A stretch of DNA of 59,537 nucleotides, filler included, from Sphacelaria rigidula (lineage: Eukaryota): the NCBI GenBank assembly GCA_964200075.2. It is 8 parts of 8 records of this genome, joined end to end, with 100 filler letters (N's around TTAATTAATTAA, not from the genome) between each part and the next. Parts side by side here need not be neighbours in the genome. Positions count along the whole stretch, not along the records: positions 7,457 to 14,812 come from CAXNAA020015280.1; positions 14,913 to 22,268 come from CAXNAA020015281.1; positions 22,369 to 29,723 come from CAXNAA020015282.1; 5 more parts are not named here. The stretch is one strand, 5' to 3'. Under the pieces are notes generated by a model. It saw only the letters and a list, made by a program, of their open reading frames with translations. It did no database searches and was not told the origin of the DNA. Shown here piece after piece: positions 10,902 through 22,661 of the stretch. Position numbers and translations under genes: made by a program. Position 1 is the stretch's first letter. The number at the start of each line of letters is the position of its first letter.

Positions 10902-13900
10902 TATAGTGATATGCTTCTCGTACTCTCTCTCTTTCTCTCTTGTCTAAACAGATGGGTACCATCGTTTGAGATGTGTCAGACCCGACGGCCCAGCCGGATT
11001 CAGCTCTGAGATACGTGCGCTGTGCACGTGTCTACATTTGAGTCTGGCCCTGCCAGCACAACTTGAACTATTCCCACGGCGGCCGAATTCATGCCACGCG
11101 TGGCTCGCCTGGACGTAGTAAAAGTCGCGAGGCCCGGCACGGGTACTCCGGTACCGTTTGTACGGGTGCTCACCGCCTTCCGTGCGTCGGTGCCTTCCAA
11201 TTTCAGTGCTGTTCATTTCCCACGATATGTAGGCTCTAGGGCTCGAGTCCAAGAAGTCATATTCCACAGCATCAATTGTATTGACCTCGGAGAAGGAACC
11301 ATCCTGAGAAGAGAGGTGAGCACAGTCAGCACAGACAGCTGGCGCAGCCGGCTAGGGTTGGCGGTGGGGGAACCAGGATGGCGAAAGACGAACGTCACCG
11401 CACAGATCGCAAGGGCTTGCTGCTCGAAACCCGCCCCCACTACATGAGTGCTGTGTATTCAGAGCCACGGGCGCCAGTCTGATCACACGAGCACTGTTAC
11501 TGACCCTCCCCGGCGTGGAACTAGACTTGTACATCCATTACATCACGTGTCACTATGTTGATAGGGAAATAGTACTGAAAATAGGAATCACACCGCAAGA
11601 CCTCGGCGGAGTGGAAGTTGGCCCCTCACCAAAATATTCATTTTTTTTGCACGCACAAACCCTACTGGTCATACTGTAAGTTGTACCGGGAGAACAATGC
11701 CACGCCAACCACCCCTATGGCTGCCAGACTTTCAGCAGGCCCAACTCGTAAGCTCTGACACTGTAAGGGGACGTTGCCCCCTTGCCAGGTACGCCTGCCA
11801 GGGTCCTTGGCAGACGCGAACGTGCGCGTGAGAATAGGTTAGCCTAGACCTGTCGAGCGGGAACGTTCAGCCCCTGACCCTCAGATATACAACAGTGTCG
11901 AAACGATGATTCTCAGCTGTGTTTCTTCCGGTGTTAATCCAAAACTGGGCGGAGATTCATGATGAGGCTGGCAGATCCCTTGTTGCCTACGTACTCGACT
12001 GATACCGTACCCGCGATAATCGTCTTCAGACACAATAGTTGAACAGAAAAAAACAACCGCAGTGCTGGTATTCATCGTTCCAATGTGCACCGCGCCCTCA
12101 GCGGCTTGCGCCATTGTCTCACACCTTGCTGTGTTACCAACCAAGACATATCTACGTCTCGGCATCATCACATACGGGATGCGCCTTGTCTCGACACCTG
12201 ACCTTTCAAAATACCACCGCCATATTATAAAGAAGAAACAATACTGAATTGGACGCAAGGTGGAAAATAAGGGTAGCGGAGAAGGGCATCGTTCTTCACC
12301 TCAGCGACATTCACGACGGTTTGCCACCATTCGAAGCGTGCGGAAGGGGGGGGGAAACGTCAAGCACCACACCACATGAACTACTTCATACTGAAGATGC
12401 TGCATTTTGTACTGGAGGGAACTGGGGCGATCCAGGGGTTATCAGAGCTTCAATCGAACAGCAACGTGCTGTCTGTTGTACCGCTGTGCTGTGCTCGGTG
12501 CTACACTGGTTATTGCACTGTGGTGTCAAGTTGTACGTTAGCGCACGTAAGGCCGCACGTATCGAGGCCGGTGACTACTATGAAGATACGATACCGTTCA
12601 ATGACGACAAAAAAAAAGGTCCAAATGCAACACTACGTTACGGCACAGTGCTCTCTGTACATCGCAGCCTACTACGACAGTAGTACCACCACTGGCTGTT
12701 GCAGGGAGACAAGTGCACTCGTATACAACAGTACCGTACGATACTGTCTTCCCTGTTATTAGTGATACAGAGCTGCATCAGGCGGTAATTTGCGCGCTTC
12801 TGCACAGCTCCTGTCGCATGGCCAACTCCAAACATCAATTGCCATCACCTTGATCTTGTACTCCCTGAGCAGTAGAATGCTTCATCATTGCCGAGGAAGA
12901 CGTGCCCGTCCGCGACATGCCCCACGTATGACTTTCTCAAAAGCTGCTCCACTATCCTTCTTGACATCGATGGGGCTCGGATTCAGACCCACGGTGAGCA
13001 CGGTATATACCACCCTCTAGAGTAGACATTTCTACCGTTGATTTTCCCGAAAGAACAGGCACCTGTACCGCATCAATGGTGTAAACAATGAACAATATGA
13101 TATAAAAATATTGAAATGAACAGAAAGTTCACTCGGTGCCTTGGTATCTGCGTTCTTCGTGAAAATGAAAAATGACTGCCATACTATCGAGGGTGTTATA
13201 CCCCATTTCGAGGTAACAAACAGTTACATTTCATTCCCGTAGTTCCACCGCATTTTTAGTCTTTAGGTTTAGATGGAGGAGCGTGTGCGCGTGAGCCGAC
13301 ACTCCACGCTGAGCAGTGTATGCACCATGTGCCTTCACTAGAGTAGATTGCTGACCAAGTCGCCATCATCACGGGCTGTATTTTCTGGGCCCCGCCACCG
13401 TGTCTCAAATCCTCTGCCTCTCCTTCTCACTCTTCTTTTTGTATTATCTCTCTGTCCAATTCCTGCCTGCTGAATATCCCTCGCTTGCTCTGATAAATCC
13501 TCCAACTACAACGCCTGCCTGTGGTACACTTGAAGTTCGGCTCGGTACAGCTTCTGCGTTGGGAACCGCCCTAGTCGAAGGTGCGTTGCGTAACCTGCTG
13601 TAGAAAAGTGCCGCATAAGGGCTTTCGGAATACACAGTGGTAGTCACATAGCTTACTGCTGCTCACAGTTGTTGTATAAGCGGCGGGTTTTCTTTTTCGT
13701 CGCACTTGTTTTTCTTCTGAGTGCCGTCTGGTTTCGGCTCGGAGTTCTCGAGGCTGTGAGAGTTGAAATGACGTTGTTTGCTTTTTCCATCATTAGTTCG
13801 GCATATACAACACAGTACAGCCAGTATCCATTTGTCTTCCCATCCGTAATGGCCGTGGTTGTAGTTTGCCTCCATCGAAACGCTCTTGTTTATTCTGATG

Positions 13901-14812
13901 CATTGTACACAGTAGTAGCTGTACTCCATGCATCACATACTATGAGCATGCCAATTTCGCTCGCTGGAAACGATGCTTGTGGTCGTATTGTAAACACGGA
14001 AGTCGAAGAGACTCAACGGGGCGATGAACAGTCACTTTCTCTCCTGAAAACGATTCGTTGTCAAATTTTGATGGCATGACAGAATTCGTACAGAAGAACA
14101 CGTGGGTTCATAGCTGAGTCGCCACCTGTTCCCACGACTTTTGATAAAGCAGTTTGCACGTAGTCTAGGAGAAGTGCTTACTTGCATACGACAAGCTGAT
14201 CTTGCCTCGCTACTGTAATAAGCCACGCCCTATAATTATAGTAGATGGTGGACTAGACGACGGGACAAGTTCCGTGGAGATCTTCCCATCTCCTAGAGTT
14301 TCTCCAGGCAACCGTAGTTGTATCTGCCGCCTCGCCGCATCCGTCTCTTACTTTCCGAATACAGTAATTTTTAAGTTTCTGACAACTGTCGGTGGTACAG
14401 ACAGTACCGTGTGTCCTTTCTATTCGGCTCGAGGAGCTTCTTCTCTTTGCTTCCTGGGGTCAACTGCAACGTCCAGAGGGTGAACATCACATAAGAGTAA
14501 ATGCAGGAGACCCCTCCCCCCCCTTCAGCAAACGGCAAAGAATATGCATCGATAATCGCAATAATTAGTAAAATTTACACAAAGAGGCTTGAACTTGGGC
14601 ATATTGCATTTGGAGCGGGACAGATTCGCTTGGTAAAGACCTACTTTCATGGCGAACGAATCCCGATTTTTATGGTGACCATTTTATGGCGCAGACGGCA
14701 CAGTACCACAGATTTGTGAAACGGTTCTGTACACAGACGGTTACTCTTTGCGTGAGTGTGGTACTGCGTTCTCGTGCATGAAGCCGCAGAGCAGGCAGGC
14801 GGTAAACAATCC

Positions 14813-14912
14813 NNNNNNNNNNNNNNNNNNNNNNNNNNNNNNNNNNNNNNNNNNNNTTAATTAATTAANNNNNNNNNNNNNNNNNNNNNNNNNNNNNNNN
14901 NNNNNNNNNNNN
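14813..14912. other. Artificial contig spacer
   Basis: Same N44-TTAATTAATTAA-N44 layout. Confidence 0.99.
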
Positions 14913-14989
14913 AGGTTTTGGTGGCTTTTTTTACAGCGCCGTTGCCACTCGACGCCAACCCAAGAGTCTAGAGGTGATGGGGAGTCCTA

Positions 14990-15240
14990 TGTCGCTTGCC
15001 TCAGTCATTTGACCATTGACAACGCATTCCTTGCGAGGCGGAGCACCGCTCCTACTCCGAATAGAGACACCTCCAGTACTTCCATGCTCATCACGTGTCT
15101 TCCATACACTACACAAAAACCTTTTATATGTCTTGTCCTCGTCCTGTTTCGCCGTCTGTGGCCACCATCTATCTCCTAGCATAGCCATCGTTTTCTCCCT
15201 ACCGTCTCAGGATCAAACGATTTGATGTCATACGATTTCA
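14990..15240 (-). mobile_element. 5'-truncated LINE 3' end (ORF2 C-terminus)
   Basis: Encodes MLGDRWWPQTAKQ..GGVSIRSRSGAPPRKECVVNGQM, homologous to the adjacent LINE at 15270-15660. Confidence 0.85.
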
Positions 15241-15269
15241 TGTCACCTTCGTTCACGGTGGTGGTGGGC

Positions 15270-17232
15270 AGGGGAGGGGCGTACTCAGTTGTTGCTCGCC
15301 TTAGTCGTTTGACCATTGATCACGCATCCCTTTCAAGACGGAGCATTGTTCCCACTCCTGAGAGATATATCTCCAACATTTGGGTGCCCACTAAGTTTCT
15401 TCCATACACTACACGAAAACATTTTACATATCTTATTCCCTTCCTGTTTCGTCCTCTCTGGCCACCATCTATCTCATTTCCCATACATGATACGAGAACC
15501 TTCTACATATCTTATCCCCGTCCTTATTCGCCGTCTGTGGCCACAACTTATCTCCTAGTACAGCCATCGTTTTCTCGCCACTGTCTGTCACATCAAACGA
15601 TTCATGCCACCTTCGTTTACTTCCCTCACGTCCCTCTCTAACACGTCCCATTCCTCCTCGTATAGTTCACACCCTACCGGGATATGAATTATACTCTATT
15701 GCTTTGCCACAGGGGCAGTTCTGTGCGTCTACTTCCTCCTCCCCTCGACTACTTGTATACGCCTTTCATTTTTCTTGCAGGTCCAGGTCCACCACCCGAA
15801 ATTTCAGTTTCAACGTTCTCGCGGAGTCCATTGGGCCATGCAGATATATTTTCATCCCTATCCTCCGTCTGAACCGGTGAAGGTGTCTCTATTAGGAGTA
15901 GGAGCGGTGCTGCGTCTCGAAAGGGGTGTGTGGTCAATGGTCACACGACGAAGGCAAGCAGCAAATGAGTACGACCCCCCCCTGTCTGAACCCTCCGTAA
16001 AGCTTCAGGTGCTCCTGCTCGTGTACTTTCCGTCATAGCGCTTGCTTCTCCCTTATTTCTATCATGTATCTTGCTTTTGTCTTGCACCCCCGCATTCACT
16101 TATAGACATTATCTCGTCTTGGTTTCCTCCTATGCCCTTCCATTTTTCCTCGACCAATGCTACCTTTCAGCCTGCCCTTTCGTCATTTTCTTCCATACGG
16201 CCCTATCAACTGTTGCTGGCAATTTCTTTCTTGGCATGCTCCTTACGCTATATTGCCGTTTCAATCTCCTTTGTCTCTATTTGTTTCAAGTGGCCCAAAT
16301 CTGCTCTCAATGCAGTATTACTCGTCATCTTCGAGCATCCCGTTATTTTCTCAGCTTCCGTCATCTGTACTGTTTCTAGCTTTTTCACTAACTTCGCGTT
16401 CCCTTCCCATACTTCTGGGTATTGCAGTTTTGGTACAACCACATTCATCAGAATAAACCTCTTAACCCTTAAACGGCGAGAATAGACCATCTGTTCAATC
16501 GGCATCAATTTCACTTGAAAAAGTATGCATGATTCAAATGGACTACCCTCCTCGCGGTCTAGGGGCTAAACCTAGTCTCTAAGTGCGAGCCTCTGAGGAT
16601 CACGTCCGCCCAGCCTATCTGTGTCATACCCTTTTCTATTACTTTATTCATGTGTGCATCCCAAGAGCAATCTATATCTATATCTATATCTATATATACG
16701 CTAAGGTATGTATACTGGTCTACGATCGGTAGTTTCTCTTCTCCCTACTTCCATTTGAACTCTACTTGTTTTTCCGTATCCTCATTACACAGAAGGACAG
16801 CGCATTTTGTTGTTTTCCTGTCACTCCCCATTTCCTAGTGTATTCTAGCGCCTTCTCTATTTGCTTCCGCAATCCTTCCGGTGCTTCTGATATCCCCACG
16901 AAATCATCCGCAAACATCAACCCTGATACCGTATCTTCCCCCACCCTCACTCCTTGCTTTGGTGATTTCATCGCTATTTTCAGGTCATTGATAAATATTT
17001 CGAACATAGTGGGTGATGACGTACATCCTTGGGCACCTCCTTGTAAAATATCAAAATATTTCAATATTTCCCCGTCTACTGTAGCATCATGGCACTTGTA
17101 GCAAATTCTGCCATCTTCACCATCCTCCCCAATTTCCCTCTGATTCCAGTTTCCCACAATTTTTTTCACAGCCTATTTTTTCATGCTGTGTCATAAGCCT
17201 TCTGTGCGTCAAGACAGAAACAGTATGTTACC
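15270..17232 (-). mobile_element. Decayed non-LTR retrotransposon (LINE) ORF2: RT, thumb and C-terminal Cys knuckle, interrupted by insertions
   Basis: LQGGAQGCTSSPTMF..LMFADDFVG (RT motifs), VVVPKLQYPEVWEG, LRADLG, CPCGKAIE, GDKLWPQTA; frameshifts; homologous to 51100-52084. Confidence 0.9.
15871..15985 (+). mobile_element. Very short LINE 3' end inserted in opposite orientation into the LINE
   Basis: GGTGTCTCTATTAGGAGTAGGAGCGGTGCTGCGTCTCGAAAGGGGTGTGTGGTCAATGGTCA..AAATGAGTACGACCCCCCC. Confidence 0.8.
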
Positions 17233-19499
17233 GGTACTGCTCTCTTCCCCTTCGAAGTACTAACCAAGTTACTGTCCTTTGGTCTTACGGTAGTTATCCG
17301 CTTATCTGTCTCGTCTGCCTGCTTGTCATGTATCCTTTTATTCGCTACCCACATTTATTTGTTTCATCCCGCCATCGAAGTCTTCATTTATGTTAGTAAC
17401 TAAATTTTCCCCCGTTCCCTTTTTTTTTTCTACGATATTCTCACCTCCTTTATAACTTTATTCTACTTCTCCTATCCTACTGTAGTTTTACTCGATTTAT
17501 ATATATATATATATCTTGCGTTGGCACCTCTTCTTACTGGGTGGTGGTGGTGGTGGAGATGAAAATATGAGATGGCGGTGGGTCGTCCTACCCCGTACTC
17601 AGACAAAAGGGAGCCTCCAGCGCAGCCCTTGTTGCCCGCGGTACTGATTGGCCCATTGGCGCGCCCGAAATGTCGTGAAGGTCGATTGCGGTGCTCTGCC
17701 CAGGCCGTCATCGTCTCGCCCTTGCGTCGGGATTTAGGTTGATTTCAGAGGAGCACGGCAGAGTTCATACCTGTGTTTTGCCATTAACCCCTTTGGGCTG
17801 AAAAATTGGGTGGGTCGGCCCACTGTTGAGTATTGCCCCTGTTTCCATCTTGTAGTTCTTCTCCTCTCCTCTCCCTCATTTCCTTCTTCTGCTGTTCTGC
17901 TCTTGTTTTTCAGCTTATTCCGTCCGATCTATCCTCTTGTGTCGCCCACTTTTTTTCTTCTTTTATAGGGAGCGTTTCTGTTTTGTTTACTTGGGCACGT
18001 CTATCCTGTTGAAAATGGCCACGTCTGGGTCCCTGAGGGATCAGATGGTGTGTCACAACCGACTCGTGTCGCCAGAGGTACTCGACTGACAAAACGATAA
18101 TCAATGATATCGGCCTGCTGTGCTGTGTCACGGCGAAACAAAATCAACCAAAGTAATACGTAGATACCCTACTCATTAAAGCTGCCAAAACAATCGTCCA
18201 TCGTTAAGGGAAACGTGTACATTATTCGATGATGATGACGACGAACAGCTATACTCACTGCGAGGGCAGCGATACATACGCAACCACAGAGGCATAAGAG
18301 AGTTATTGCTGAGAACATGCACAGTACGACATAGCTCATTGGCGTAGCCATGGACCAGCTGCCACTATTGTAATACAACACCAGGTCAGATAAGTTTTCA
18401 GGCTCGATTTATCCGAAAACGCGGCATAGACGCCATCTAAAAGGTGTGCTGCCGATGAAGATCTCGTCGATTCGACCCAAATTGAACCCCACTGTAGCAC
18501 GGGGTCTGGTTCCTCGAGGAAACCGAGGGTAAACGAGGTTGAACGATTACTTGACCGCGGGTTCCCTACTCCGTCACCTATTTTCAACCATACTCCGCCA
18601 CGTAAGTACAGCGTCAGCGTAGTACGTTACCTTCCTCGAGAGCATCACGATGCGATGGGCCCACTCGAGAAAACCATATGCTGAAATCTCTGGACAGTAG
18701 CGACTTCCCCTCTCTTTTACCTCGTGCTCTGTCCACCTCGCGTTCTGAAGCGTCACCAACGGCCCGCCGTTTGGATGCGTTCGAACTAGACATTGGACGA
18801 CGATCGAGGTCCCGCAGTACACTTGTTGGAGTTGCTACAGATATGCTGGCAGGGAGTGATAGCGGTCGTTTCCCCACCCTACGCAGCTGAGACAAGTGTG
18901 CATACATACAAGGCGAGCAGGTTTGCACATGTCGGGGCAGTACGACAATACCTCAGGATCAGCATCAGTTAATATAGACGGACGCTTCCGCGTGGGAGAG
19001 GACAGCAAGGCCAAAATATACCCGCTCTCTAGACACCGAATACCGCGTGTCTTGGCAACGCCTGCTAAAGTGCACTTCGTTCGACGAAACGACAACTTCT
19101 CGTTTCAGCCGTGCCGAGGCAAGCAATCGAAAATATATTGATCAATCTGTAAGGGGAAATATTCACGTGGCAATTTCTCTGACTTTTCGATTATCCCGGG
19201 AAAAACAAAAAATGTCCTACCTGTCCATGAAAAACAATGCTGAGAAAAATCGACGCTGAATCTTCGCAGCATTATGTAGTCCGTCTTGACTTCATCCATT
19301 GCTTGACCTGGTAGCCCTTTGACCGCCAGGGTAGGTCATTGGCGGCATGCACTATATTGTCAAGTGAAAACCATGCCGATTCAGCAGATGATCCACGATG
19401 GCGGTCAAGGGGGTAAGAATCCTACTCTTGAATTTTTCGGGGAAACTAGAATCTGTCCGAAAATTCCCTAGATTTCGTCTGAAAAAAAAGTCCCGTTAA

Positions 19500-19935
19500 C
19501 ACGGGGTTTTACACATTGGGGATTATTTACTGAAGATGAGAAACCCGGAGAATTAAAATCTTCGTATTCACACCAAATCTTTGACATATAGTTCCACTTC
19601 TTCACTTGCTGGTAGCTATTGGCAACTACCACACGCCATACAAATTCGGATTTCGATAGCCGAAATGTTGGGGTCCTAGGTGAAAAACCGAGTTTGGGGA
19701 ATTCTGGCGATCTGAACGGATTATCTAAATTTCCCAATATCGTTTCTTCATTTAGGACCCAAAATGTAGGTTATCAGGATCCAAATTTGCATGGCGTATG
19801 TAGAAGTTGCGAATGGCCACCAGTAGGTACAGGAGTGGAACTATAGTTCGAAGATTTGGTATGGATACAAAGATTTTTATTCTCTGGGTTCTCATCCTCA
19901 ATAAAAAATCCATCCACAATTTGTAAAACCCCGTG
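19500..19935. mobile_element. Fully palindromic foldback MITE (~436 bp)
   Basis: CACGGGGTTTTACA..TGTAAAACCCCGTG termini; arms pair with mismatches up to a centre near 19715; TTAA on left flank. Confidence 0.85.
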
Positions 19936-19945
19936 TTCTTTGCCT

Positions 19946-20030
19946 AGGGGAAACTATATGCACCCCCCTTGCCCGAGGGTCTCGTACGCGTTGGGTCGGG
20001 GTTAGGGTTAGGGTTAGGGTAAGCGTTATT
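19946..20030 (+). repeat. Repeat family carrying TTAGGG-like units
   Basis: TGCACCCCCCTTGCCCGAGGGTCTCG..GTTAGGGTTAGGGTTAGGG; related copy at 35560-35640. Confidence 0.6.
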
Positions 20031-20241
20031 GTTACAGGTTGTTCCAAAAATCAGCAATAGATGTACGACCAAAACTTCAGTTCACTTCAAATAAGGGTAT
20101 GCACACTTGATTAAAGGATCCGCACGTGAACAAAAAAGGGTAAGGTTATTTTCTATTGAGCAGTGGCCTAGAAAAGGTATACCTTCTCGTTTTCTTGCCC
20201 AAGAAAGGTACGGAAACGGATCAGAAACGCGAAAACAGCAA

Positions 20242-20402
20242 CCGTTTTGGGACCGGACCCCCAGAAATATGTGGTTTGCACGCAGGGGCCTATCCGTGAA
20301 CGGGCATCATTTGTACTTGAAAACGACTAAAATGGAGTCGATCCACAAAATAGCCCCTGCATGCAAACCACATGTTTTTCTGGGGACCCGGTCCCAAAAG
20401 GT
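20242..20402. mobile_element. ~160-bp hairpin MITE, piggyBac-like, nested in left foldback arm
   Basis: TIRs CCGTTTTGGGACCGG..CCGGTCCCAAAAGG with ~50-bp pairing; flanks GCAA/TTAA; absent from the right arm, where the empty site reads TCAA. Confidence 0.8.
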
Positions 20403-20892
20403 TTAAAGCGCACAATGTAAACCGATTTCCCTCCTTACTTCTCACGCACAGCAATCGGGGTACCCCTCGGCATCCGGGCCTCGAAGAAACCCCCCCAAAA
20501 AAAACATGTGAATCGCGAGATATGGCCATGCGCAGAAGGACGTCTCGCCTCCAGAAACCACTCCCCCTTTCCAGGCCGTATTTCGGCCAAGTATACCTGA
20601 TATGGGGATTCTTTTTCAATTGTACCTTATCTGGGCCACCAGTCGGCCCATAACGTACCTATCCTAGACCATTGCTTCCCACACTGTACCTGATGCGGCA
20701 CACTGCGCGCAAGGCAATTTACGCGCCAACTCCAACCGTGACACTCACACGTCCGGCTCTTTTCCCGCCCATATACCATCAACGAACGCCACAACGACCA
20801 TCACATGATACTAGCCCCTACGCCACAACGATTAATCATTCTGGGCTCGGGTTCCCGCCCATGGTATGTTTGTACGAGTAGCACTTTTCCCC

Positions 20893-21072
20893 ACTTTCCC
20901 CCCGCAAGCGTGTGTGAGTGGCAAGTGTCCATTAGTATTGCCTTCAAGTCAAAATGGTGCCAATTCACAAAAAGGTGTGAATTCGCATTCTTTTTAGGTG
21001 AACTGGCATCATTTTGACTTGAAAACAAAACTAATGGACACCTGCCACCAACACACGATCGTGGGGAAAAAA
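20893..21072. mobile_element. ~180-bp palindromic element in the foldback loop
   Basis: TCAAGTCAAAATGGTGCCAATTCAC vs GTGAACTGGCATCATTTTGACTTGA, centred on GAATTC at 20979-20984. Confidence 0.8.
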
Positions 21073-22268
21073 GGGTCCCAGAAGGGTTTCTGGAGTCCAT
21101 CTGGATCACGTATACGTTTCCCAGTGAAATTTATGCCGATCCAGCAGGTGACCTATCCTCGCAGTCAGAGGGTCAGTACTGAACATGGCACCAGCCCCAG
21201 ATCGTAACGGCACGACGTTACGTAACACTCCGCAAGCGCAAAAGATTGACGCCTTGTGACTTGAGAGTCCAGTTCTTGTGTCGATGCGGAGAGACTCGGG
21301 AATCATTTCCGGGGAGAAAGGGACGTGGTCGTTGTGGCGTTGGTTGATGGCAAATGGGCGGGAAAAGAGTCGAACGTGTGGGTGCCATGGATGGATGGAG
21401 TTGGCGCGTGAAATCCCTACCGCGCAGTGTAACGCATCAGGTACAGTGTGGAAAGCGATGGTCCAGAATAGGTACGTTATGGGCCGACTGGTGGCCCACA
21501 TGAGGTACGATTGAAAAATAATTCCTAGATCAGGTATACCTGGCCGACATTTGGCCTAGAAAGGGGAAATGGGTTCTCGAGGCGAGACGTCCTCCTGCGC
21601 ATGGCCATCCCTCGCGAGTAAAATGTTCTTTCTGGGTGTTTTCGAGGCCCGGGTGCCGAGGAATCCCCCGAGTGCTGTGCGTGAAATATTTAGAGGGAAA
21701 TCGATTTATATTGTGTGCTTTGATGTTTTCGCGTTTCTGATCCGTTTTCGTGCCTTTCTTAGGCAAAAAACGAGGAGGTATACCTTTCTGCGTCATTACC
21801 CTTTATTATTTTCGGAGAGCAGGGTGTACCCTCCCGGATAGTTTTCCAAAAAACGGTATTCCCACAGGCTGTCTTTTTCAGCGCCGTAGGTACGACTAGT
21901 ACCAGGTGTGAAAATGAAAAATATGGTCGAGCATGTTGCCCCGACACCTTGTGCGTGAGGCTGAGGGGCTGCAACGCGTTTTTGAGGTGTTCAATCCGCG
22001 TGCAGCGCCGCGCCCCAAACCGAAAAATTCATTGCCTTTTTTGTTCCAAAAGCACCAGGGTGTACCCTTTTTTGTATAAAGATATTGACCTTCACTTTTG
22101 TACAAGCCAGGGGGTGGCTAAAAACCAATTCTGGACATGTAGGCCCGAAGATCGAAAAATTGAGTTTTTGACGGGGGGGGGGGGGGGGGGCGCACTCATT
22201 TTTTGCTTCCCTTCCCGGTTTGCCCATTGACCACCCCTGCCTTTCGAGAGGGAGCATCTTCCCCACTC

Positions 22269-22368
22269 NNNNNNNNNNNNNNNNNNNNNNNNNNNNNNNN
22301 NNNNNNNNNNNNTTAATTAATTAANNNNNNNNNNNNNNNNNNNNNNNNNNNNNNNNNNNNNNNNNNNN
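22269..22368. other. Artificial contig spacer
   Basis: Same layout. Confidence 0.99.
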
Positions 22369-22370
22369 AC

Positions 22371-22661
22371 GCGTCGGGGGCGGTGGTGCTGCGCGACGGC
22401 GAGGCGAACGACGGCGAGGCGACGTCGGCGGACAAGGCGTTGTCGGCGCTGGCGTACGTGTTGCCGCTGGCGGACGGGTTGTCTTACGCGGGGCATCTGT
22501 TCGCGTCGCACCCGGAGCAGATGGCGGTGTTGCAGCCTTTGTTGTTGGTGCTGCTGGCTGTCCGGTCGTTGCCGTTCGCGACGCTGATCGGCTTCTTCGG
22601 GCTGTCTTCGTTGAGTAACAACCCTCAGATCAACAAGCTGGTGCGGTTCAACATGAAACAG
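22371..22661 (+). CDS. TIC20: Tic20-family plastid inner-envelope import protein, penultimate exon (5'-partial)
   Basis: DKALSALAYVLPLADGLSY..FATLIGFFGL..NNPQINKLVRFNMKQ matches the Tic20/Ycf60 pattern; GC-rich codon usage; donor AG|GTGAGG at 22662. Confidence 0.9.

Larger units (their letters stand above)
20170..21790. mobile_element. Large foldback element with ~460-bp inverted arms (20170-20800 and 21326-21790)
   Basis: Arms are reverse complements, e.g. GGCCACCAGTCGGCCCATAACGTACCTAT vs ATAGGTACGTTATGGGCCGACTGGTGGCC; no coding capacity; outer limits uncertain. Confidence 0.85.

Noticed and set aside
13669..14079. Small membrane protein ORF
   Set aside because: Hydrophobicity follows from T-rich composition; no family motif or splice support
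18336..19095. Chain of minus-strand ORFs resembling a decayed gene
   Set aside because: No family motif I can name; needs a profile search
19997..20020. True telomere
   Set aside because: Only about three units, internal to a contig and part of a dispersed repeat
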